Positions 9,079 through 18,182 of a stretch of DNA of 64,000 nt are shown here, in pieces. The stretch's first letter is position 1. The number at the start of each line of letters is the position of its first letter. The position numbers were made by a program, and so were the translations under genes. This stretch comes from Candidatus Enterousia sp. (lineage in GTDB: Bacteria; Pseudomonadota; Alphaproteobacteria; Rs-D84), in contig JAZRPS010000018.1 in assembly GCA_045649345.1 (NCBI GenBank), positions 2,280 through 66,279 of the forward strand. Reading direction: 5' to 3'. The notes below the pieces were generated by a model, which had not been told where the DNA came from, made no database searches, and saw only the letters and a list, made by a program, of their open reading frames with translations.

Positions 9079-9693
9079 TTATTTTTTTGATGCTGCCATT
9101 GCCGCTGCTTTGGCTTTTTCATCTTCTTCCATTGGCATTTTACCACCAATTATTGCGAATGCTAATTCCGCCTGGTGCAAGCCCAATTCAACGCCTTCTG
9201 GTAAAACCAAGTCTGTACCATGAACCACATCGCCAATTGTCAACGTTGCCAAATCGATAATGATTTTTTCTGGAATAACATCAACCAAGCCACGCAATGC
9301 AACCTTACGTACCGCAAAGTTCAATGTGCCGCCCAATTTCAATCCCCTTGAAATATCTGCATTGATAACTTCAACTGGAACAACCACGCTAACAGGCTTT
9401 TTAACATCGATACGTTTAAAGTCTGCGTGAATCGCAGCATCAGATACTGGATGATATTGAATATCCATCAACATTGCATCTTCTGTACCTGCTGATGTTT
9501 TAATTTGGAATAATTTTGTTCGCAAACCTGGTGTTTTCAACAGCATTTCGAATTCACGACCATTCAATTCGATTGCAACCGGGGCTTTCTTTTCCCCATA
9601 AATAACAGCAGGGATGTTTTTATTATTGCGAACACTACGTGCGGCCCCCTTGCCAGCGACGTTGCGAATTTCTGCGTTTAAATTAATTGCCAT
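9079..9693 (-). CDS. rplY: 50S ribosomal protein L25 / general stress protein Ctc (long form)
   Basis: 204 aa. The N-terminus ..NAEIRNVAGKGAARSVRNNKNIPAVIYG is typical of L25/Ctc. Confidence 0.9.
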   Translation of the reverse strand: MAINLNAEIRNVAGKGAARSVRNNKNIPAVIYGEKKAPVAIELNGREFEMLLKTPGLRTKLFQIKTSAGTEDAMLMDIQYHPVSDAAIHADFKRIDVKKPVSVVVPVEVINADISRGLKLGGTLNFAVRKVALRGLVDVIPEKIIIDLATLTIGDVVHGTDLVLPEGVELGLHQAELAFAIIGGKMPMEEDEKAKAAAMAASKK

Positions 9694-9757
9694 TTTTAAT
9701 CCTTTTTATAGCATTTGTTTTACTTTGCCCAGCCTCCAAGGGTGCTGTGCGGGGCAT

Positions 9758-9786
9758 ATTATGACCCAAAAACTTTGAAAAATCAA
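9758..9786 (-). promoter_or_regulatory. putative sigma-70 promoter TTGATT-N17-CATAAT for rplY
   Basis: Minus-strand ttgatt (9786..9781), a 17-nt spacer, then cataat (9763..9758). Confidence 0.45.
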
Positions 9787-9794
9787 GGAATTTA

Positions 9795-10355
9795 TTAATT
9801 TTTCTGCAAAATCAAGAATCGTGCACGTCCATATGTCTTATCGCGTAAAATTTGCCATGCGTTTTCGTCGGGTTCGGTTAAATTACCCACCTCTTGTTCC
9901 CAGATTAAGATTGTCCCAGCCCGCGCCACACGTGCCAATCGCGCGACAAATGCCCGTCCTAAATCCGCATCGGCATATGGCGGGTCTAAAAAGATTAAAT
10001 CTGCATCGGCACCATATTTTGCAACGACTGCCAACGCATCTGTCTGCACAACTGTTGCACGCGCGCTAACAGACAATGTTGCCAGATTATCACGCACGGT
10101 CTTGATTGATGTTGGTGCCGTATCAGTAAACAAAACCCGTGCATTCGCATATCGCGACAGGCATTCCAACCCAAACGCCCCAGACCCAGCAAACGCATCC
10201 CATACAATCATATCTGCCCCAGATTCAACAATCCCACTTTCCAGCATGTTAAACAGTGCAATACGCGCACGATTTTGTGTGGGACGTGCCATTGGGGGCA
10301 ATTTTAATTTTCGCCCACGAAGTGTGCCTGAAATAATTTGCAATTTTGAATCCAT
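9795..10355 (-). CDS. rsmD: 16S rRNA (guanine966-N2)-methyltransferase RsmD-like
   Basis: IISGTLRGRKL.., DAFAGSGAFGLE and FLDPPYA motifs. Confidence 0.85.
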   Translation of the reverse strand: MDSKLQIISGTLRGRKLKLPPMARPTQNRARIALFNMLESGIVESGADMIVWDAFAGSGAFGLECLSRYANARVLFTDTAPTSIKTVRDNLATLSVSARATVVQTDALAVVAKYGADADLIFLDPPYADADLGRAFVARLARVARAGTILIWEQEVGNLTEPDENAWQILRDKTYGRARFLILQKN

Positions 10356-10372
10356 ACGATAAAGTATAAAGC

Positions 10373-10822
10373 ATGAAATTTATGAATCAAGCCCTTGTTT
10401 TAGCAAAACGCGCGTTCGCCCACGATGACGTACCGATTGGTGCGGTAATTATACGTGACGGCAAAATCATTGCCCGTGGTGAAAACCAAGTGCAAATAAA
10501 AAACAACCCGACATTACATGCAGAAATCGTGGCTATTAATCATGCATGCAAAAAATTAGGTGTCAAATTCTTGGACGACTGTGACATTTATGTCACGCTG
10601 GAACCATGCGCAATGTGCGCGACCGCTATTTCATTGGCACGAATAAAGAATGTTTACTTCGCCGCAACCGATGAAAAGGGCGGTGGCATAACATCAAATG
10701 CACGCATTTATGACACAGACAAACACCTATGGAAGCCCTGCGTTCATCAGGTTCCTGAATATGCCGACGAATCGGCGCAACTGTTGCGTGACTTTTTTGC
10801 CTTGCGTCGTAAAAAGAAATAA
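10373..10822 (+). CDS. tadA: tRNA-specific adenosine deaminase
   Basis: CDA zinc motifs HAE and PCAMC. About 149 aa. Confidence 0.9.
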   Translation: MKFMNQALVLAKRAFAHDDVPIGAVIIRDGKIIARGENQVQIKNNPTLHAEIVAINHACKKLGVKFLDDCDIYVTLEPCAMCATAISLARIKNVYFAATDEKGGGITSNARIYDTDKHLWKPCVHQVPEYADESAQLLRDFFALRRKKK

Positions 10823-10848
10823 AAAAACCGCCAAAAGGGCGGTTTAAA
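10821..10848. terminator. bidirectional terminator between tadA and gpmI
   Basis: aaaccgcc-aaaag-ggcggttt with a flanking A-run. Confidence 0.75.
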
Positions 10849-10849
10849 T

Positions 10850-12322
10850 TTATATCAATGATTTACCTGTCATATCTGCTGGCTGATTAATACCTAATAA
10901 TTTAAGCATTGTTGGCGCAATATCTGCCAAACCGCCGTCTTTTACCGCCGGCGCATCTTTCGCAACCACGATAAAGTTCACAGGATTTGTCGTATGCGCT
11001 GTCCATGGCAGATTATTTTTATCATCCCACAATTTTTCTGCATTACCATGATCTGCGGTTATTAAGATTGTCCCCCCCAGTTCCAGCACCGCCGGAACCA
11101 ATCGTGCCAACTGTGCATCCAGCGTTTCCATTGCATGAACACACGCATCAATATTTCCAGTATGCCCAACCATATCGCCATTTGCATAATTCAAAATAAC
11201 AACATCAAATTCGCCCAGGATTGGCAATAATGCATCTGTTATTTCAATTGCAGACATTTCCGGTTTCATATCAAACGTGGCAACTGCCGGCGAATCAATC
11301 AAAACCTTTTTTCCGCCGTCAAAGTCAACATTCCTTTCAGCATCAAAAAAATATGTCACATGATTATATTTTTCTGTTTCCGCAATACGCAACTGTGAAA
11401 AACCATGTTTTGCCAACACATCACCCAGTGTGTTTTCAACAGCAACATCTGGCAACAACGCAGGACACAGTTCATTTAAACCTTCGCCATATTGCGAAAA
11501 ACACAATACATGCGCGCCTGTTTTCAATATTGCACGCATAATTTGACGCGCACGATCACTGCGATAATTTCCAAACAAGAAACCATCTTTTTCGGATATT
11601 GCGACATCACCATCGATAACAGTTGGCTTTATAAATTCATCTGTTTCGCCACGTGCATACGCATCACACAACGCATCATCAATTGTCTTGGCATGATATT
11701 GTGCCTGGGCGCGCGCGATTGCATTATATGCCAACTCTGTCCTATCCAGGTTTTGATTCCTGTCCATCGCATAATAACGCCCCGACAACGTGCCAAAGAA
11801 CGCACGCCCATCCGCCAATTCGTCCGCCAAACGTTCTTTTATTAAATTAACATACATCGGCGCCGACTGGGGCAGGGTATCACGCCCATCCGCGATAAAA
11901 TGAATACAAACACGCAGACCTGCATTAATAATACGCTTTGCCATAAACAAGACATCATTAATATCTGCATGCACACGTCCGTCTGACATCAATCCTGCGA
12001 CATGAACAATTCCACCGTCATTTCGCACAGTTTCAATAAATTCACGCAGGGCAGGGTTATTGTCCCAATTTTCAACCTCAAACCGGCGCAAGAACTGATT
12101 CACCACACGCCCGGCACCCATTGTGATATGTCCAACCTCTGAATTTCCCATTGTGCCATCTGGCAAACCAACCGCCACACCACTGGCATCCAGTTTTGAA
12201 TGCGGATATTTTTCCAACAACTCATTAAAGTACGGCATTTTTGCCCGTGTGACCGCATTAAATTCGGACTTTTCATCAATTCCGACGCCATCCATAATAC
12301 ATAAAACTAATGGTTTTTTCAT
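10850..12322 (-). CDS. gpmI: 2,3-bisphosphoglycerate-independent phosphoglycerate mutase
   Basis: N-terminus PLVLCIMDGVG, plus NSEVGH and TADHGNAE motifs. 490 aa. Confidence 0.93.
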   Translation of the reverse strand: MKKPLVLCIMDGVGIDEKSEFNAVTRAKMPYFNELLEKYPHSKLDASGVAVGLPDGTMGNSEVGHITMGAGRVVNQFLRRFEVENWDNNPALREFIETVRNDGGIVHVAGLMSDGRVHADINDVLFMAKRIINAGLRVCIHFIADGRDTLPQSAPMYVNLIKERLADELADGRAFFGTLSGRYYAMDRNQNLDRTELAYNAIARAQAQYHAKTIDDALCDAYARGETDEFIKPTVIDGDVAISEKDGFLFGNYRSDRARQIMRAILKTGAHVLCFSQYGEGLNELCPALLPDVAVENTLGDVLAKHGFSQLRIAETEKYNHVTYFFDAERNVDFDGGKKVLIDSPAVATFDMKPEMSAIEITDALLPILGEFDVVILNYANGDMVGHTGNIDACVHAMETLDAQLARLVPAVLELGGTILITADHGNAEKLWDDKNNLPWTAHTTNPVNFIVVAKDAPAVKDGGLADIAPTMLKLLGINQPADMTGKSLI

Positions 12323-12454
12323 ACTTTTCCCCTTAATAACATCAACAGATAGAATATCATAACTGTTTTTTTATTGCAAAAGCAAAAGAAAAATTGTATA
12401 AATATCTTACAGATTTAGGAAGTTCGTCTTATCTAAATTATAGGAGTTTTTTAT

Positions 12455-12877
12455 ATGAGTGGAAAGCCGTTTACACCATCGTCAATTGATGAACATATTG
12501 GTCAACGCGTACAACTTCGTCGTGTAATGATGGGACTATCTCAAAAGGACTTGGCGAAACGCTGTGGCGTGACCTTTCAACAGATACAAAAATACGAATG
12601 CGCCGGCAATCGCATCGCTGCATCACGTTTGTATGAACTAAGCACGGCATTAGAAACACCCGTTTCTTTTTTCTTTGCTGGATTACCCGGATTTATTGAA
12701 CGCGAACCACGTAATGGGCGCTTATTCAAAACACAGCGTGTTCGTGATCAGGCTGAGAACGACCCTTTGGCGAAAAACGAATCATTACAACTGGTTAATC
12801 TATACTGGAAATTACCAACGGATTCACAACGCGAAACTGTAATGAAAATGTTAAAGGCACTAAACGGTCAAGAATAA
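12455..12877 (+). CDS. XRE-family helix-turn-helix transcriptional regulator
   Basis: IGQRVQLRRVMMGLSQKDLAKRCGVTFQQIQKYECAGNRI is a classic HTH_3 motif. Confidence 0.85.
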   Translation: MSGKPFTPSSIDEHIGQRVQLRRVMMGLSQKDLAKRCGVTFQQIQKYECAGNRIAASRLYELSTALETPVSFFFAGLPGFIEREPRNGRLFKTQRVRDQAENDPLAKNESLQLVNLYWKLPTDSQRETVMKMLKALNGQE

Positions 12878-12893
12878 ATCCAACAAATTCTAT

Positions 12894-12919
12894 TACCCCG
12901 ACACCGGGGTATTTTTTTT
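12894..12919 (+). terminator. terminator after the HTH gene
   Basis: taccccg-acac-cggggta followed by T8. Confidence 0.75.
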
Positions 12920-12940
12920 ACCTTAAATATCACACCTTCA

Positions 12941-13090
12941 GAGAGTTTTGTCATCCCGTGGCTGGAGCACGGGACCCAGGTGTATGCAAATAAAAAAACT
13001 TATTAGTCCCACTCCTGCCTACGCAGGAGAGACAAAGGTACTTTATTTCCACAAAATTGAACTTTGCACTTTGAACATTGAACTTTGAAA
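12941..13090. repeat. REP/MITE-like composite of two 7-bp-stem hairpins plus TTGAACTTTG direct repeats, in a gap between convergent genes
   Basis: gagttttgtcatcc + tcccgtg-gctggag-cacggga (12954..12974). cccactcctgc + ctcctgc-ctac-gcaggag (13012..13029). ttgaactttg at 13057 and 13078. Related to 24651..24787. Confidence 0.7.
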
Positions 13091-13116
13091 AAAATCCCCC
13101 AACGGGGGATTTTTTA
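13088..13116 (-). terminator. terminator AAAATCCCCC-aac-GGGGGATTTT after the 428-aa gene
   Basis: Same stem family as 6991..7012. It lies directly downstream of the stop at 13114. Confidence 0.75.
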
Positions 13117-14400
13117 TTTACGTAATGTTGTATCCAACATATCCTGGGGGGCAATAACCTTCGAACCAGAGATACCACTGCTAGAACTACTGGTACTGGA
13201 ACTAGCATCGGTCGTACTAACACTTTCGCCTTTTACACACGGGGCATATTCTTCTATTGTAACCTTGGTCCAACACTGATTATCTACATCAGCATCAGAA
13301 TCTTTGGTCTTTCCCTTGCCATATTGCAAATCGCTTTTCTTGTACGCATCTGCATTGGCACATGCACTGGTATCTGTATTAAAATACTGTCCAACACGGT
13401 CACAAACCACACATTGACCATTTTTCGGATCTTGCCCACCACGAATAGAAGTGGCACAATCTTCACAATCAAAATTACCTGATGCAGGGAATGCTTTCGA
13501 CGCATCTTTGCAAAAATATCTAATACAAGAGCCTTCCCCATCTAACCGATGAATATCTGGATCATAACTATCAATCGGCCAACCATTACACATTGGCTTT
13601 TCTTCATACGCCAATAAATCTAACATATTTTGTGTTAATTTTACACACTCCGCACCAGTTTGATCGGCGATATAACCTTCGGCACACAGCAATTTATATT
13701 TCCCACTCGAAAAACTTTTTATATAATCAACATACGACCAATTTGTACATCCCTGATTTGTTCTACATTTAACTTCGATTGGGCCTGCAACGATACCATG
13801 TTCCTTAAAATCAATGACACCCAACAAAACATCATGTTCATAGTCGCTGTCGTTGTCGTCAGGACCGTCCCTGTCTTCATACCACGTATGAAAAGCAACA
13901 TTAGATGCCTCTGTACCACCGTCAGCACCACCAGATGTTTTCATACTTAAACCTGCAAACAATCCGTTAAGGTTGGTTGGTGTACTGCTACCCTCTGTCA
14001 CAATCGCCACCTTGGTGCAATTTGTCCCTGTATACCCCTTCTCACAAAACCAAGCACATTTTGAATCATCAAAACCAGTCGGATCATAATACACGGTATT
14101 AGATTTATGTCTACAATTTGTATTTGAACACTGAATCTGTTGTGGGCAAAAATATCCACCATGTTCAACAATTTGCCTTGCAATCACTGCGACAACACCA
14201 TACTCATCGCCATATGTTCCATGTTGTCCCTTATCACCAACTGAACCCGAAATAACAAAATTGCCTGTATTATATTGATTGCCAGACTCAAAAAGGCTGC
14301 CATCTTTCCACGAACTATACAAACCCGACACTGTACGAATTGCCCTGGCATCGTTAACAACCAACATGCAAAATAAACAAAACAAATATTTCCACTTCAT
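13114..14400 (-). CDS. cysteine-rich secreted protein with EGF-like / furin-like Cys spacing and a Ser-rich tail
   Basis: Signal MKWKYLFCLFCMLVVNDARA. CAWFCEKGYTGTNC and LLCAEGYIADQTGAEC resemble EGF-like spacing. C-terminus has a SSSTSSSSSG tail. Only 15 nt separate it from the upstream gene. Confidence 0.8.
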   Translation of the reverse strand: MKWKYLFCLFCMLVVNDARAIRTVSGLYSSWKDGSLFESGNQYNTGNFVISGSVGDKGQHGTYGDEYGVVAVIARQIVEHGGYFCPQQIQCSNTNCRHKSNTVYYDPTGFDDSKCAWFCEKGYTGTNCTKVAIVTEGSSTPTNLNGLFAGLSMKTSGGADGGTEASNVAFHTWYEDRDGPDDNDSDYEHDVLLGVIDFKEHGIVAGPIEVKCRTNQGCTNWSYVDYIKSFSSGKYKLLCAEGYIADQTGAECVKLTQNMLDLLAYEEKPMCNGWPIDSYDPDIHRLDGEGSCIRYFCKDASKAFPASGNFDCEDCATSIRGGQDPKNGQCVVCDRVGQYFNTDTSACANADAYKKSDLQYGKGKTKDSDADVDNQCWTKVTIEEYAPCVKGESVSTTDASSSTSSSSSGISGSKVIAPQDMLDTTLRK

Positions 14401-14415
14401 CTCTGTGTTCCTATT

Positions 14416-16851
14416 TTATTCCGGCTTTACATAACATACGCCATTTTCATAATACCCATTTCCCATTAACTTACAACGCTGTTCAAACCATGCTTCTTTG
14501 AACGTACATTCATCACGTGACAGGTCATATGATGCAACATTCATATTCTTGTCACCTTCTTCGTTATAATTCAAACAATGTATCATCGTGCTATTTTCAA
14601 CACACTTTCCATATGACATGTTATTTGTATTTCCACCATAAACATTGTTATAAAACGCTGTTAATGTTTTCAATTTCCCATCTTTATTATTAAATTCAGG
14701 ATGTTCAACCGGTATCCAGTAACCATCAATCGCCTCACACTCTTCGCCCAGCATATAATCCACCTGTTCTTCGACATCACGAATTGAATTTTCAACCGTT
14801 AATCTAACCTGTTGTGGCAAAGAAGCATACCCCTGTGATTCCTGTGTCGGATCAGAACAATTCTTTACCGCAAAATCTTTCACATTTGACCATAGCGATG
14901 CATTATACGATGCATCAGCCGTATGTTCTTCATTCCCAACTGTTTTCAAAAGACAATTCCATGGATATCCCTTGTCCCCGGTCGCAGGTGTACACAAATC
15001 CGTCACATATTTTTCAACCGCGGCTGCACACCCCTCTGCCACACGGGTATTGTCAACGGAATCAACAAAATCTAACAATGCCTCCAGACCGCAACGTTTA
15101 CCAGCACTGCTTTTCTGTAATTTTCCATTCCCATCAAACGAACAGCCATCTGTATCGCCATACAACGCCGCACACGCCGTCACTTTTTCCTGACACATCG
15201 CTTTGGCTGCATATGCAGATAACGCACCTGCATTTTTCGCCGTTGTTGTATCAAAATCTTTTAATGCACTTGATTGCGTATCATAACATTGCGCCATTGT
15301 ACTAACACAAGTTGTTTTTACTTCTTCTATTTTTTCATCTTGCGCTTGGGCAATTTCTATCAATGCGCTACGCTTAAATTCCGTCCATACGACATCCGCA
15401 ATACCGCGACATGAATCCAATGCGGACGTCGCAAACATACGTTTTTCGTCCAAAAACTGACTAAACTTTGGATTTTGAGCCAACAAATCAGTACTTGCAT
15501 CTGCGCCACCCAACACAATTAAATTTTCCAGTTCAAATAGACGCTGGGAATAAATTGGTTCGCCGGTTGTTGAATTTATATACGCACCGCTGTAATCCAA
15601 ACAACGGTTATAATTCGGTCCACACGCCACATCTGTTGTCAAAGCGGCCTTTACCTTGGTAATACATTCATTAACATCCGCAGAATTATGCGCACGATAT
15701 TCTTCTAGGCGCGCCTCTCTCAAAAACTTTTCTGCCTGACGAACCGTGGTCAATACAGCTTCGCGCTGTTTATTAATTTTCTTTTCATACGCATTACAAT
15801 CCTGGGTAATCATTATATTATATGCACTGGTTGCCATATTTAAGACCGCGCTATTTTCACATGCATCACCAACCAATTGCAAACACTGTTTATTTGAAAT
15901 ATTATACAGGTCTATACCCTCCATAACACTCATATCAACACCGGTATCTGCATCAAATATCGAACTGCCTGAATCGCCACCCCAAATATCATCCACATCA
16001 GCTGAAAAATCCACGGACATCAAACCAGACAACCTATTATTTTGTTGTTGTGGTTGCGTTGCTTTCTTCTTTCCTGACAACAAGTCCCCAATTTCATTCA
16101 GAATATTTTGCGCGCCACTGGTATCTTTTTTAATTGCTTGTTCACCAATTGTGGCACTGTACATTGCCTCAACCTCTGCTACGGTTTTATCAACAGCATT
16201 TAAATTATTATCCTCAAACTGCTGCAACAATACTTTTGCTTGATCCAAGGCTTCTTCTGTATCACGAAATTCTGTGAACCTTGCACTGCAAAAGCATCTG
16301 CGATACGTATCGTTCGCATTTGCACAGAATTGATCCATACATGTCGCATACGATTCGCGACACTGGGCATAACCACCGCCAATTTTTGAAACATCTGTAA
16401 ACACCGCTGTTGCACGTGCAACACGCGCCATACCGGCATTTGAAACATTTGTTGCACTGCGCGCGCGCCCCCCGGTCACCGGTGCAACCGCACTGCGTGC
16501 CACAGACGCATTTGTCTTAACGACGGCACCACTGCGCGCACCAGACACTTTTGCACCAGAACGCGCAACAGAATTCTGACGAACGGCACCACGCGCAACA
16601 GGCGCACTAACAACATTACTTGCACTGCGCGCACCAGACACATTTGCCCCAGAACGACCAACCAAGCCACGTGAAATATTTTGTCCCCCAATCACAGAAC
16701 GTTTTGATACACGCCCCTCTGCACGCGCAACCGTTGGTACAGAAACAGCACTACGCGGATTTGGCGCCTGATCTGCATACACAAAGCCACCGACAAAAAA
16801 CGTCGCAAAAAGCGCAGAAAACTTAAAAAAAACACAACCAAAACGTTTCAC
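14416..16851 (-). CDS. large secreted protein: Arg/Ser/Ala/Gly low-complexity N-region plus cysteine-rich helical body
   Basis: GTG start and signal-like MKRFGCVFFKFSALFATFFVGGFVYA. Repeated ARSGA.VSGARS units. Many paired Cys residues (CRESYATCMDQFC..). 811 aa. Confidence 0.8.
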   Translation of the reverse strand: MKRFGCVFFKFSALFATFFVGGFVYADQAPNPRSAVSVPTVARAEGRVSKRSVIGGQNISRGLVGRSGANVSGARSASNVVSAPVARGAVRQNSVARSGAKVSGARSGAVVKTNASVARSAVAPVTGGRARSATNVSNAGMARVARATAVFTDVSKIGGGYAQCRESYATCMDQFCANANDTYRRCFCSARFTEFRDTEEALDQAKVLLQQFEDNNLNAVDKTVAEVEAMYSATIGEQAIKKDTSGAQNILNEIGDLLSGKKKATQPQQQNNRLSGLMSVDFSADVDDIWGGDSGSSIFDADTGVDMSVMEGIDLYNISNKQCLQLVGDACENSAVLNMATSAYNIMITQDCNAYEKKINKQREAVLTTVRQAEKFLREARLEEYRAHNSADVNECITKVKAALTTDVACGPNYNRCLDYSGAYINSTTGEPIYSQRLFELENLIVLGGADASTDLLAQNPKFSQFLDEKRMFATSALDSCRGIADVVWTEFKRSALIEIAQAQDEKIEEVKTTCVSTMAQCYDTQSSALKDFDTTTAKNAGALSAYAAKAMCQEKVTACAALYGDTDGCSFDGNGKLQKSSAGKRCGLEALLDFVDSVDNTRVAEGCAAAVEKYVTDLCTPATGDKGYPWNCLLKTVGNEEHTADASYNASLWSNVKDFAVKNCSDPTQESQGYASLPQQVRLTVENSIRDVEEQVDYMLGEECEAIDGYWIPVEHPEFNNKDGKLKTLTAFYNNVYGGNTNNMSYGKCVENSTMIHCLNYNEEGDKNMNVASYDLSRDECTFKEAWFEQRCKLMGNGYYENGVCYVKPE

Positions 16852-16918
16852 GTTTATTCTCTCTTTTCAGAATAGTACCATTTTTTTTATATTTAAATCA
16901 ACACCAAAGTACACACAA

Positions 16919-17281
16919 TCATAATTTTATATCTTCTATCGTTATTAACCCCATATTTATACCCCAAAACATCGAATATAATTCATATGCACGGTTATAC
17001 AATTTATATGCTGCATCACCTGTGACCTTATTCCCATCGTCTATCAAATGCATCGCCGCCCCCAGTAATTTTTCTGACTCTTTCCATATATTCGTATTAC
17101 GCGCCACAATCCGAGACATCAATTCCTGGCGAACATCACGCACATATTCAAATTCATCTTCAATTGCCAACAAATTCATCAACGCAACTGTTAAATCCTG
17201 ATCTGATGACAAATCCAACGGATTTACCTTTTTTGCATCATCTGCATTTTTGACCAACTTATTTAGCGATGATTTTTTCAT
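16919..17281 (-). CDS. small soluble hypothetical protein (120 aa)
   Basis: ATG at 17281 preceded by aaaggaaagg. No TM segment. Located downstream of rsmH. Confidence 0.6.
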   Translation of the reverse strand: MKKSSLNKLVKNADDAKKVNPLDLSSDQDLTVALMNLLAIEDEFEYVRDVRQELMSRIVARNTNIWKESEKLLGAAMHLIDDGNKVTGDAAYKLYNRAYELYSMFWGINMGLITIEDIKL

Positions 17282-17329
17282 ACTGCCTTTCCTTTTCATT
17301 ACCAGCATACAAAACATTCGACCGTACGG

Positions 17330-18181
17330 TCAACATGATTTTATTACGCCACGCATATGTGCAGACCGCGCACGCGAATTATTCGCCAGTTCTGCATCAG
17401 TCGGCACCGCCGGTTTCATCAATTCAAATTGCGCGACCGCAACGGTCGGCAAATGTGGATCGCCCGGTGCAGTAGCCCAACGCCGAAACGTATTTTTTAC
17501 AATTCGGTCTTCTAATGAATGAAATGTCACACAAACACACTTTCCACCAACACCCAACAAATCCGGCACCGCTGTCAACGCACGTTCCAATTCGCCCATT
17601 TCATCGTTGACTGCAATTCGCAACGCCTGGAACACCGGCGCAACATCTTTTGGATTATGAATCAAATCCCGCAATTCAAAAGTTGTCTTTGGGACTGCTT
17701 CTTTTATTGCACGCGCCAATATATTTGACTTTTTCAAATCACCATATGTACGCAACACGCCCGCCAATTCTGACACACTGTGCATTTCAATCCATTTAAC
17801 AGCGTCAATCCCACTTTCTGACATGCGCATATCCAGTGGTGCATTTGATCGAAAAGAAAAACCACGTTCTGGCACATCGATTTGCATTGACGATATACCC
17901 AAATCAAACACAATTGCATCAACAACCAAGTCTAAATCAGCAATATGCGAAAACGGCTTCGGCACAAACGTAAATCTGTCACCGTATTCAGCATATATTT
18001 TTTCGGCATCTGCGACCACGTTTGGATCCCTATCAAACGCAATAACATTTGCGCCACGTTCTAAAAAAGCACGCGAATATCCACCGGCACCAAACGTACA
18101 ATCGACAATCGTTTTCCCACCGACGTCACCCAACGCATTCAATACCGCATCTAACAACACAGGAATATGTTTCATTGTCAT
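17330..18181 (-). CDS. rsmH: 16S rRNA (cytosine1402-N4)-methyltransferase
   Basis: MTMKHIPVLL.., DCTFGAGGYS and DLGISSMQ motifs. The ATG lies 1 nt after the dnaE stop. Confidence 0.93.
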   Translation of the reverse strand: MTMKHIPVLLDAVLNALGDVGGKTIVDCTFGAGGYSRAFLERGANVIAFDRDPNVVADAEKIYAEYGDRFTFVPKPFSHIADLDLVVDAIVFDLGISSMQIDVPERGFSFRSNAPLDMRMSESGIDAVKWIEMHSVSELAGVLRTYGDLKKSNILARAIKEAVPKTTFELRDLIHNPKDVAPVFQALRIAVNDEMGELERALTAVPDLLGVGGKCVCVTFHSLEDRIVKNTFRRWATAPGDPHLPTVAVAQFELMKPAVPTDAELANNSRARSAHMRGVIKSC

Positions 18182-18182
18182 G

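Noticed and set aside
12951-13223. 90-aa minus-strand ORF across the REP-like locus and into the 3' end of the 428-aa gene
   Set aside because: It crosses two hairpin repeats and a terminator, and it overlaps the end of a real gene in another frame.
16919-17281. FtsL, because of its position after rsmH
   Set aside because: The 120-aa product has no transmembrane segment or leucine-zipper-like ectodomain.
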